Below are positions 36,901 to 44,958 of a DNA stretch of 61,677 bases, piece after piece. The position numbers were made by a program, and so were the translations under genes. Source of the DNA: a virus (taxonomy: Duplodnaviria; Caudoviricetes); the IMG/VR virus record IMGVR_UViG_3300038327_000229, positions 1 to 61,677 of that record. One strand, written 5' to 3'. Within the stretch, counting starts at the first letter, position 1; each line of letters opens with the position of its first letter. The notes under the pieces were generated by a model, which had not been told where the DNA came from, ran no database searches, and was given only the letters and a program-made list of their open reading frames with translations.

Positions 36901-38636
36901 TGATGGGCCATACTGAGCTTCTTCGTAGATTTGTGATGGTAGACTATCTCAAAGCCCAGAGGCAAGCGGCTAATACGATTCCCAATACTATGCCATCATG
37001 GTTGCCTGGATCTAGGTCTAACTTTACAGGGAAAACCGCAATGGGGGTTTTCCCAGGAGATACAAATTATCATATAGATTTTAGTACAGGTGACCCATAT
37101 GCGAAGATACCCCATGGTGAATTAAGGCTGCCAGGAACTGCTCGAGAAATTGCGTTTAGATTACATAGCGGCTCCCCCGGTATATATGATGCAGTTGATA
37201 GATTTATGGTTCTATCGGATGTTGCACCGCACTCTGAGGCTTATAAGCACTACAAGATACTAGTCGACTCGTTGCTCAAGTCCGGAACAGTAGATGAATA
37301 CTGGACCAATAAGATTACCAAGACTAATGAAGGCGTTAAACAAAAGCTAGAACGCTACCAGACTTATTCCAGGAAATTTAATAGTGTTAAGCCACAGCTT
37401 ACAACGATACTTGACCAGGCGAAAAATGAAGAGAATCAAGAGGGAATGAGAACATACTACACTATGCCAGAGCAAATGATCGGCTCAGCATGGGAAGTAT
37501 TCAGTCACGACATAGTAGCTAGAGCTGGTATTACTGTTCCGATACTAGGTCCCCTTCTATCTAACAAACTATTGCCCATAAGAGATGAGCTAGAGGGCTA
37601 TCTCAAGCGAGAAGTATACGATACAGATGAATATGATTGGGCTAAACCATATTCCACTATACTAAGACCAATGGCAGAACAGCTTAAGGCTACAGATCCA
37701 TTTACGGCAACTATGGGTGGATTTATAACCGGCACTCTCATGGGTGCAAATCCTGTAGCCAAGGTAGTTATGTCTACTGCTGGAGCAATGTACTTTGGAT
37801 CTTCTTCAGCAATGAGAGGTATTAGCACTGGCAAATTAACCGGTGGATATATTCCAGGATATGTCACGGAGAGAAGAAGAGCGGATGAATATTTTGATAA
37901 CCTAGAGTATCTAAAAATGCGTCGGCTAGAGAATAAAGCGAAAAGCGAAGGCATACATGATCTCGCCAATCATTTCATAGATCTTAAGGGTAGAACGGTC
38001 GCTTCTCTCGATTTCTCATTGGGTGCGAAACAGTTTGTAAGAAATTCGTTAATAGCATTACCTACTCGAGAGAAGCAGCTATTCATGAGCTCCATGGATG
38101 CTTCTACGAGTAGACGAAAACAAATATTAGAGTATGTACCTGAATATTTAAAACCGGTGTATCGGGCTGCTTGGGCCAAGCAGGGAGACAACGCATTTGA
38201 CTATAGTAATGTAAGAAAAGCTCCTGACGCTAGACTTGCAGAATATTTTGCAGGTCACGGTATGCCTGATCCAACCTGGGCTGGATTTCATCCAGATGTT
38301 CCAATGGATGCTGTTAGAGTTAAAACAATGGATTCAGTATGGGGCTCTGTGTCTAACGACTTGCATAGATCTGGTGTTTTCGGGAATGTTGCAGCCAAAT
38401 TAAGGACAGAATTTCCTTCACCAGATTTAAGTGTGTTTAATTTTTACAATAGATCAGGGTTAGATGCTGCAGCCAGGCAACAACTGGAAGCGGAACTAAT
38501 GCAGTCTGGTCTTACAGACTATACTATTGACGAAAATCTAGGTTCAGGATTAGAAAACATCGTGCATTACGATATGTCTTCAAGGAGCGGTTTAGAGAAT
38601 TTCTTTGCAATAGCAACAGATATATTACGGAGTTAA
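33993..38636 (+). CDS. Tape-measure-like / ejected membrane-associated protein
   Basis: 1547 aa directly after the chaperones; several Gly/Ala hydrophobic clusters (IFGMAAGGVLAL, FIIALKTAPTKANILLATGISAFAG, FTATMGGFITGTLMG). Assignment rests mainly on position. Confidence 0.55.
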   Translation: MPSERNRSDLPREYSFHRDLIQDSDRLRDRIPASRDDEPLFNEEKILRENYATSDMVAKFALVTSAASLLSKRPLGKLGMEIAGKLTNMLNKGQRTASKAYSRYAAEVGDVTSQINANASDALRIGSGDTPLIAHLKIFEDLDTNLDNLNRLDLDGSLWKATGPDATLSDSAKHIANQMRDSLRERYSRQFNSSEGIEDLTVDKLLAMSTDNIQREKIVDLFGKKQIDQLEDMKRIGLLHGEQRLDERLFLDTAAKEIIDTRVLSGQYLGGMIERSLSQFQLPFVNLKFTDIFAAPMKHLLGKGEASGIVRAPDAAETTARRLVIGEDLFRIIPKKEAADGAFGLEHLASGYRARSTDKIGEAVIARRGQLRSQVRQTREDIEATSSNPLVHLAHAVMEDAGIGRRYATQESLLWQATTNVVKRRTRGTPVLKETTELDEVTEEIVRRTGTSKVDYSELNAVERSIQRVQRESKPDIEHEKLGFFPKKRREVLAALGDESRIQYLQKNRQTGKMEPVVKPVRGTSEADFGLRQASVTEKIKKNIVDVAPDQSEHKKWLPMESFTYESDLGSRLLDTANFMTTRLNDLIGATMGIGFRPTPGMYGFAGNTTKIFGMAAGGVLALEGLKYADYLTGVPTGGYKASNLILDTYGAAKISAQFLREFTGLSPAARYMEDLMPGSIESSASDFVRTLAPFIIALKTAPTKANILLATGISAFAGEMPFPGITETPEETIDILSGEQQVPMRSGRYWMLGKQPFGGGRVSYFAPGMFARMRSEYKYTDTLYGSQAEYFKNVSFLPTPSNMFRIPELVGNVLSPVTNLPFVGSLIEHAPVIGAMFDPQGAEFLAEKHRFDRPYPTAFGIEQLANRTIGKMGVPGGNSPGVRSYQTPGESVIEMGMDPYPTRSEMSFAVKKPTLSSGLAHMSELSGIYKFALWDLGLKTSAPTSPELADPGFMSSITRSFYDESVGGLMGHTELLRRFVMVDYLKAQRQAANTIPNTMPSWLPGSRSNFTGKTAMGVFPGDTNYHIDFSTGDPYAKIPHGELRLPGTAREIAFRLHSGSPGIYDAVDRFMVLSDVAPHSEAYKHYKILVDSLLKSGTVDEYWTNKITKTNEGVKQKLERYQTYSRKFNSVKPQLTTILDQAKNEENQEGMRTYYTMPEQMIGSAWEVFSHDIVARAGITVPILGPLLSNKLLPIRDELEGYLKREVYDTDEYDWAKPYSTILRPMAEQLKATDPFTATMGGFITGTLMGANPVAKVVMSTAGAMYFGSSSAMRGISTGKLTGGYIPGYVTERRRADEYFDNLEYLKMRRLENKAKSEGIHDLANHFIDLKGRTVASLDFSLGAKQFVRNSLIALPTREKQLFMSSMDASTSRRKQILEYVPEYLKPVYRAAWAKQGDNAFDYSNVRKAPDARLAEYFAGHGMPDPTWAGFHPDVPMDAVRVKTMDSVWGSVSNDLHRSGVFGNVAAKLRTEFPSPDLSVFNFYNRSGLDAAARQQLEAELMQSGLTDYTIDENLGSGLENIVHYDMSSRSGLENFFAIATDILRS

Positions 38637-38640
38637 TAAA

Positions 38641-41600
38641 ATGGCAACACCAGACGAAAATGTTTCCGATCAGTTACGTAGGTTACTTGAGCAGTCAGGA
38701 TCTACAGAATCCAAGTTAACTAGATTCTCAGGCTACACAGATAAAATTAAGCTACAGACAGCAAAAGTAGCAGCTGGAATAAAAAGTGAGTCTTTTCGTA
38801 AGTCGATAGAGGCAGTAGACAGCTCCATAGCTCCCCTTTCGAAACTAGTAGGGAAACTTTGGGACGATTATAGACTGAGAGGCGACCAATCTCTTCGGGG
38901 AGATCTACCTATTTTTGAATATAGAGTTACTGCCAAGGCAATCTCTTCGGGGGGATCTACCTACAAGGGTATTGTAAAAGAAACTGGACTGGAAAGCGAG
39001 CTTGCTAAACAAGTAAGAGATCGATTTGGAGTAAAGTTTGCTCCGGATATACACGATAGTGCTGGTACATACCGGGCGCATAGGCTGCTTACAGATTCCG
39101 GGAAAGCTACTGATGTATCGGAAATAATGCGACACCTAGACTATCTCAGCCCGACTATGAGAAAAAAGATAGAAGGCTGGGCAGAGCTTCGTGAAATAGA
39201 AAAGATTAATAAGAAAGGTAAGAAATACACAAAGGTAACCCAGCAGCTTGAGCTGGCGATGACTAAGCTAGTTGAAGAAGATATAAGACACCAGAGAAGA
39301 GGGATAGAATACCGCTGGGATCAATCAGATCTAGCAATGGCCAATAGAGCAGATAGGGCTAAGCTAGGCAGAATGAAAACCCTTGAAAGAGCCGTAGTAG
39401 CCCCAGGAGGGTCATTCAATCCTACTCTACGTAATTATGAGCAAGAGTTATCTAGGGCAACTAGACTTGTCTCCGAGGAGAAATTTAACACAATCGTCTT
39501 TGGTGGCGAAAAGATAACACCTAGTCGAATAACTCCTGAATTTGGTTCGTTGATTGGCAGTGATGGGGAACCGATTGGAAGGCCTTTAACGGGGGCAAGA
39601 GGGAAGCCATTAACTACTCAGGAAAAACGGCTAGCTAAGTTAATAGAAGGACCTGTTGGGAGTAGGCCTAGCAACATAGGTATGTACCGAGAAACTAGAA
39701 TTGGATTAGCTAGAGAAGAATTTCAATCCACAGGAAATCTTATTAGTGAGCTAGAGTCTCGAGGCTATAGCACAGGGGGCTTAGATAAGTTACTTAGTAA
39801 AGTTGTTGGTAGAGAAGATACGATATCGATCGTAGGTAATGAACTCGCTATTAAATCGGCGCCCGATGCCAAAAGAGGATGGTCCAAACCAATCTCTATA
39901 CCTCTATTTTCTAATGCTATAAACCCATCTGGGGCGCGTAGTGCTGCGAACTTGGGGGTATCTGAATATATGTTCAAGGGCGGTACTACATATAGTACAC
40001 CGTCTGGCGTAGGTGTGACAAATCGGCGTGGTGAACTATCTGAGATTAAGAAGTTTTCTAGAGTAATATATGAGGAGATAGCTGAAGGTATTGACAGAAA
40101 TACGATTAGATCTACTAAAGATTATAATTTTATACTGAACAGAGCATTAGGTGCGCAAGAGAGCATATTCGATCCGATCCTGCCATGGGACGAACGAGTA
40201 AAAAATACTGCAGGACTTATTGATCCCGTAAGCTATTCAGGTAGACCAAAATTAGGTAGGCACCTTCTGGGAGCCTCCCAGCAAATGGCTCTAGAAGTAC
40301 TTCCAGGCACCTCGCTGCATAATCTGCTTGTAGAAGAACAAGAGATAAGAAAACAATACCAGATGGGTATGACGAGGGAGGGAACGGACGGGACAGGTAA
40401 ACGAAACGCAGCTCTTAAAGCCAAGCAACTTAAAGACGCACAAGAAGCTATCATGAAGCATCTTAGAGAAACGACGTTTAAGGGCGCGAGCGGTGATGCA
40501 CCTGCTTTAGGTGGAGTAAGAAACTTTGACGATCTTAATCTTGCTTGGGCTCCTCAAAGTGGAGAATCTATTTTCCGGCCAAATATTTTAGATGAGAATA
40601 GAGCCGCAGAGAGAGTATATATAAAAGCGACTACTGCTAATGTTAAAAACCTAGCGCTACTTCCTAGTCAAGTTCCGTGGAAAAAGGGTCAACAATTTCA
40701 GCTCTCCAGAGATGCCATTCGGATAGGAAGCATAAGCGAGCTGCCTACTGCAGTCGCAGGTATCATGGGTTACGACGGAGAGGTAACTACGGCTTTAAGA
40801 AATGAAATCCGTAGTTTAGACCCGGGAGCAAAAGCCTTTGATCAGACCCATGTCGCCTTTGGCAGAAAAACAGTAGGGCTGCAGTTTCTCGATAAAGAGT
40901 TGAACCGGCTTATCTTTGGAGACTCTGGCGTAGTCATGTCTGGCGGCTTGGTTAAACAACTGGATGTTGATCCGATTAGCGGATTATCGAGACATACATT
41001 CACACATACAATCAATTTGAAATCATCTAAAGCGCTGGGAGATCTGTCTTTTACTGGATTACTTAGAAGCGATCTTCACGCAGCGATTCAAGCACATCAA
41101 CATATGCTTGAACGGGGTAGCAGGCAAATTAGATTTAAGCCCGGACAAGAGATTCAGCTGCAGGTGCTTCAAGAGCATCAGTCTATGTCTGGCATACCCG
41201 GCGGAGTTAATTATGCTGAGCCAGCGATTCCGATGGATCCCACAAAGAGAGGGATGGCAGTAATAGGAGAAGGAACGAAGGCTCTAGAAGAAATTGGCAA
41301 AGAAGACCTACGTCACGCACATGACTTACAGCGCGCTGTGCAGAAGCGTGGTTTCGATCCCAGTAAAACTGTCATAACAGGGGTAAGAATGCTGGCGGGA
41401 TCTTCCGGGTTAGAACTGACTATGGCGGAAAAAGGAGCACCCATCGCGGTAGACGCGGGGTATATCCTCGATCACCAAAGGGTAAGTGTTGGCCAAGTTA
41501 TAGATGATACAGCTGTACGTAAGATATTTGGGTTAGCTGGCGTAAAAGGCATCGAGGCTGGTGCAGGTCTGGTGCTAGGAGACTTAGGTCTTGAAACAGT

Positions 41601-44600
41601 AGAAAATAAAATGGTACGCGGGGTCCTAGAAGAAACGCCATCCTATGGACGTAATCTCACTCTTATGCGAAACCTGGCTGAACTTATTAGCAGAAAAGCA
41701 AAAGGAGATGTAGGCCACAAGGATGTTAAAACACTTATAGCAGAGCTGGGTGGCGAAGTTAAAAAGATAACTGGCCCGGATGGAACTGCTATTCAGTTCC
41801 AGAATCTAGGTACGAGTGAAAAGTTCCATAATATAAGCGACCAAGACTTTATGCGTAGAATTGAAGAGGTAGCCAAAAAGACAATTGGAAAGGATACACT
41901 ACGAAAGGAAACCTTCAAGAAGGTAAAGATTCAAGATATTCTGGACCAACTTCCTGCTTATAAAACTGCGGATGCAGCAGAACGAAAGCGAATGGAAGCG
42001 GGGTTCAAGGCTTCAGGTGCCTCTGGCTCAACTGCAGCAATTCTAAAAGATTCGAGGCTTGCAAGTAATGAAGTATGGATGGTCAAAAGCATAGCTGCAG
42101 AACTTGCCATTAGAGGAGAAGAACCTCTAGTCAAGCTAGGTCGTGACGCAGTAAATGTTAAATTAAGAGATATCTCTATGCTTGGTGAGGCGATAGATTT
42201 CGCTAGAGAAGGGCAGACATCTACTACAAATTTATCTGAGATATTAAAAGCAAAGAAAAAAATCGTTGGTAGTCTTATCGACTCTAATCCTGAATTGCTC
42301 CAAGTAAACAATGAAAATAGTTTAATCAATCAGCAACGTAAATGGTTTGAAAAACAAGCCGGTGGATTTGGAGAGATAGAGAGGGCTCTCGCTGATGAAA
42401 AAGTAGGCCAACTAAAGATACTTAAAAAAGCCGAACAGATTGGATCGGGTGGAAGGGGAGGAGTATCTACCGGTGAGTACAAGGCAGCTGGAGCACTCAT
42501 CGAAAGTATCACTGTAGAAGATGGTAAAGCTTCTTTTGCCGAGATTGGAGAAACTCTACTTGGTAAAAAGGCAAATGGAATAGTACAGATATCTGATCAA
42601 GCCATACTAGTCAAAGGTCCAAATGGCCCTATGATTATACCGTCAGCTAAGATGATGGGATTCGCCAAAGAGGATGGATTCGTCAGGATCCCAGGAACAA
42701 GAGGAAGATTTGAGGAGCATACCGCAGAAGCATTTGCTCACCTTAAGAAAGGCAGAGTGGCGAATAAGCAAGCTCAGTCCATGTACCTAGATATATTGCG
42801 GGATGTCGAGAACTTAAACCTATTGGAGGGGGAGCGTCGGATCCAAGATACCGTAAAGATAGAAAGTAGGTTAGACAGCCTATACCGAGTTATGGCGATG
42901 AACTCCTTGTCAAAACAAGGCCTAGCTTACTCTTCTACGGTAGATCCTTCAGCAATAAAATTTGGTGGCCGACTCAGACTACAAACGAATGCGCAGGTAG
43001 GTAAATTCGAAGTTGGTATAACGGAAGATGCTCTTAGGAATATGTCTTTTGGAGGAAAGCATACAGAGATAGAAAGGATAATTGCTCAAGCAAAAAAGGG
43101 CGAGCTATACACAACTGCGGTAAGAGAGCCAGCCGCCGGGGGACGTCAGATGTTCCAGCTGAAAGTAAAGCTCTTAGAGAAGAGTGCGCTCGCAAGCGAG
43201 AGCATCACTAAGGACTTTAAGTTCAGTAGTACAGCGTTCCTGAATACCTCAATGATTCAATATGGAATGGAAGGTGACTTAGACAAGGATACTATCTCAC
43301 TATACAGACTTAACTCAATGGATGATGAGGTCATGGGAAAAATGCATCGGGGTCAGATGGCCTCGATGGATAACGCATTATCTAAGCTAGGAGAAGCACC
43401 AGAGACAATAGCTGGACGTAGGATTAGAAATTACGGAGATTTAAGCGGACTTATATCTAGTATGAACGAAGGCGCAGAAGGTGTATTTCGGTCTAGTGCT
43501 CTTAGGGATGAAACTTTTCGATCACTGATAGATGTAGTTGGACCCAAACATGCTACTCCTCTCTATGAAGGACATCTCCGAGGTAGATCATATGTAGATC
43601 ATATGGTCGGTCAAATTGTAGATATGCAAACAGACGGTGAAGGACGAGCCGTTCTTCAAGCTAATCTTAAAGAACGGTTAGATGAGAGTGGCCAACAAAG
43701 GATAGGCGCTCTCCTAGATGATATGGCTGACATAATGAAAGGATCTGGTCCTGGAACGAGAGGCGGACGCGCAGCCACATATCAATATACTGATGCAAGA
43801 AATCTTATCAAGTATATGCAACTTAAAAAAGTAGCGCATGGAAGAGATGACGTACTAGCCTCTGACGTGATATACGACACATTGAGAGCAGCAGGAGATC
43901 AAGCAAAAGCAGATATCGACGCTGGCAAATCTCATTTTGCGCAAGGAATATTAGACCGCCAGCCTGGAGGTACTTCTAAAGCGCAGGCAATGATAAGCAC
44001 ATTATCTGAGAATCTACTGGTAGGTGCACGAATCGCACAAGACGATAAGATGTATATGAATAACCTAAGCGAGGTTAATCCTAACACCTTTAGTCTTATA
44101 CATAACTTATCAGGAGGAGATGACGCAGCAAAACGATATGCTGAGAACCTCGCAAAAAGATTTTTGCTAATAGAAGTAATGGGCGAGGAATTTAAACATG
44201 GGACCAGAGGTACAGCTCTTGGTATGCCTTTCGAATCGACTCTTAGAGACATGAAAGCACTAGCACAAAGCTTGGTCGAGAGTGGAGTAATATCGGCCGA
44301 GGGGCCCGCAGCGCTGCAGCTTGCAGACATACAAGGCATGGGTGGAGAAGCTGATGCTATTATAGGTAGGAACATCCGAGATAGTATAGAAGGAGTAAGG
44401 GTTGACACCCAGCAGAGAAGAAGAGTACAAAATGCAGACAAGGCCAGAGGCGCACTATTCCAATCTGGTAATGTTGAAGTTCCTACAAGTAGCTACAGAA
44501 ATGCCATGTTCACTGGTGAATTTTTTGCCAAGCTCAGTCAGACTAAGTATTTCAAGCCTGCTGCTGCAATAGTAGGAGGATTAGCAGGGATTGAAACAAT

Positions 44601-44958
44601 TAGATCTGCCATGAGTGGATTCTCTCCAGGTAGTGTACCTGCCTCTGGCTATAACTCTGCTAATACTATGCCTCCGCCTCCAATGATGTCGAGCCCGCAT
44701 GATCCTACTTTTCATCCAGATGCTATGCCTAATACCAGAATAGCTCGTGTAGCAAGGTCTCAGGGGGCAAGAAGCTCCTTGAACATATCAGGCAAGATGG
44801 GCGCTCCCCCAGACTTTAGAGGTATGACCAATCAATTCGGATTAAATAATGGCTATGTCCCCAACATTCAGGGTTCTTTTAGATCCGAGTTGAATGATAC
44901 AATGTCTCGTACAGAAATTTCTCAGCACATCAGCAACAGATTAGATTCGGTGTTTTAA
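38641..44958 (+). CDS. Putative single-chain two-barrel (double-psi beta-barrel) RNA polymerase-like virion protein
   Basis: Beta-like AFGRKTVGLQFL..IFGDSGVVMS (D761); beta-prime-like FGGRLRLQTNAQVGKFEVGITEDAL (R1444), TAVREP (R1495) and AFLNTSMIQYGMEGDLDKDTISLY (D1546/D1548/D1550); C-terminal hydrophobic helix. Confidence 0.65.
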   Translation: MATPDENVSDQLRRLLEQSGSTESKLTRFSGYTDKIKLQTAKVAAGIKSESFRKSIEAVDSSIAPLSKLVGKLWDDYRLRGDQSLRGDLPIFEYRVTAKAISSGGSTYKGIVKETGLESELAKQVRDRFGVKFAPDIHDSAGTYRAHRLLTDSGKATDVSEIMRHLDYLSPTMRKKIEGWAELREIEKINKKGKKYTKVTQQLELAMTKLVEEDIRHQRRGIEYRWDQSDLAMANRADRAKLGRMKTLERAVVAPGGSFNPTLRNYEQELSRATRLVSEEKFNTIVFGGEKITPSRITPEFGSLIGSDGEPIGRPLTGARGKPLTTQEKRLAKLIEGPVGSRPSNIGMYRETRIGLAREEFQSTGNLISELESRGYSTGGLDKLLSKVVGREDTISIVGNELAIKSAPDAKRGWSKPISIPLFSNAINPSGARSAANLGVSEYMFKGGTTYSTPSGVGVTNRRGELSEIKKFSRVIYEEIAEGIDRNTIRSTKDYNFILNRALGAQESIFDPILPWDERVKNTAGLIDPVSYSGRPKLGRHLLGASQQMALEVLPGTSLHNLLVEEQEIRKQYQMGMTREGTDGTGKRNAALKAKQLKDAQEAIMKHLRETTFKGASGDAPALGGVRNFDDLNLAWAPQSGESIFRPNILDENRAAERVYIKATTANVKNLALLPSQVPWKKGQQFQLSRDAIRIGSISELPTAVAGIMGYDGEVTTALRNEIRSLDPGAKAFDQTHVAFGRKTVGLQFLDKELNRLIFGDSGVVMSGGLVKQLDVDPISGLSRHTFTHTINLKSSKALGDLSFTGLLRSDLHAAIQAHQHMLERGSRQIRFKPGQEIQLQVLQEHQSMSGIPGGVNYAEPAIPMDPTKRGMAVIGEGTKALEEIGKEDLRHAHDLQRAVQKRGFDPSKTVITGVRMLAGSSGLELTMAEKGAPIAVDAGYILDHQRVSVGQVIDDTAVRKIFGLAGVKGIEAGAGLVLGDLGLETVENKMVRGVLEETPSYGRNLTLMRNLAELISRKAKGDVGHKDVKTLIAELGGEVKKITGPDGTAIQFQNLGTSEKFHNISDQDFMRRIEEVAKKTIGKDTLRKETFKKVKIQDILDQLPAYKTADAAERKRMEAGFKASGASGSTAAILKDSRLASNEVWMVKSIAAELAIRGEEPLVKLGRDAVNVKLRDISMLGEAIDFAREGQTSTTNLSEILKAKKKIVGSLIDSNPELLQVNNENSLINQQRKWFEKQAGGFGEIERALADEKVGQLKILKKAEQIGSGGRGGVSTGEYKAAGALIESITVEDGKASFAEIGETLLGKKANGIVQISDQAILVKGPNGPMIIPSAKMMGFAKEDGFVRIPGTRGRFEEHTAEAFAHLKKGRVANKQAQSMYLDILRDVENLNLLEGERRIQDTVKIESRLDSLYRVMAMNSLSKQGLAYSSTVDPSAIKFGGRLRLQTNAQVGKFEVGITEDALRNMSFGGKHTEIERIIAQAKKGELYTTAVREPAAGGRQMFQLKVKLLEKSALASESITKDFKFSSTAFLNTSMIQYGMEGDLDKDTISLYRLNSMDDEVMGKMHRGQMASMDNALSKLGEAPETIAGRRIRNYGDLSGLISSMNEGAEGVFRSSALRDETFRSLIDVVGPKHATPLYEGHLRGRSYVDHMVGQIVDMQTDGEGRAVLQANLKERLDESGQQRIGALLDDMADIMKGSGPGTRGGRAATYQYTDARNLIKYMQLKKVAHGRDDVLASDVIYDTLRAAGDQAKADIDAGKSHFAQGILDRQPGGTSKAQAMISTLSENLLVGARIAQDDKMYMNNLSEVNPNTFSLIHNLSGGDDAAKRYAENLAKRFLLIEVMGEEFKHGTRGTALGMPFESTLRDMKALAQSLVESGVISAEGPAALQLADIQGMGGEADAIIGRNIRDSIEGVRVDTQQRRRVQNADKARGALFQSGNVEVPTSSYRNAMFTGEFFAKLSQTKYFKPAAAIVGGLAGIETIRSAMSGFSPGSVPASGYNSANTMPPPPMMSSPHDPTFHPDAMPNTRIARVARSQGARSSLNISGKMGAPPDFRGMTNQFGLNNGYVPNIQGSFRSELNDTMSRTEISQHISNRLDSVF
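38887..38963 (+). repeat. 25-bp direct repeat, two copies 52 nt apart, one mismatch
   Basis: caatctcttcggggagatctaccta (38887-38911) and caatctcttcggggggatctaccta (38939-38963). Confidence 0.85.

Noticed and set aside
38641-44958. The 2105-aa protein as simply a second tape measure protein
   Set aside because: It lacks regular helical repeats and has mixed alpha/beta sequence with ordered RNAP-like motifs; not fully excluded without structure prediction.
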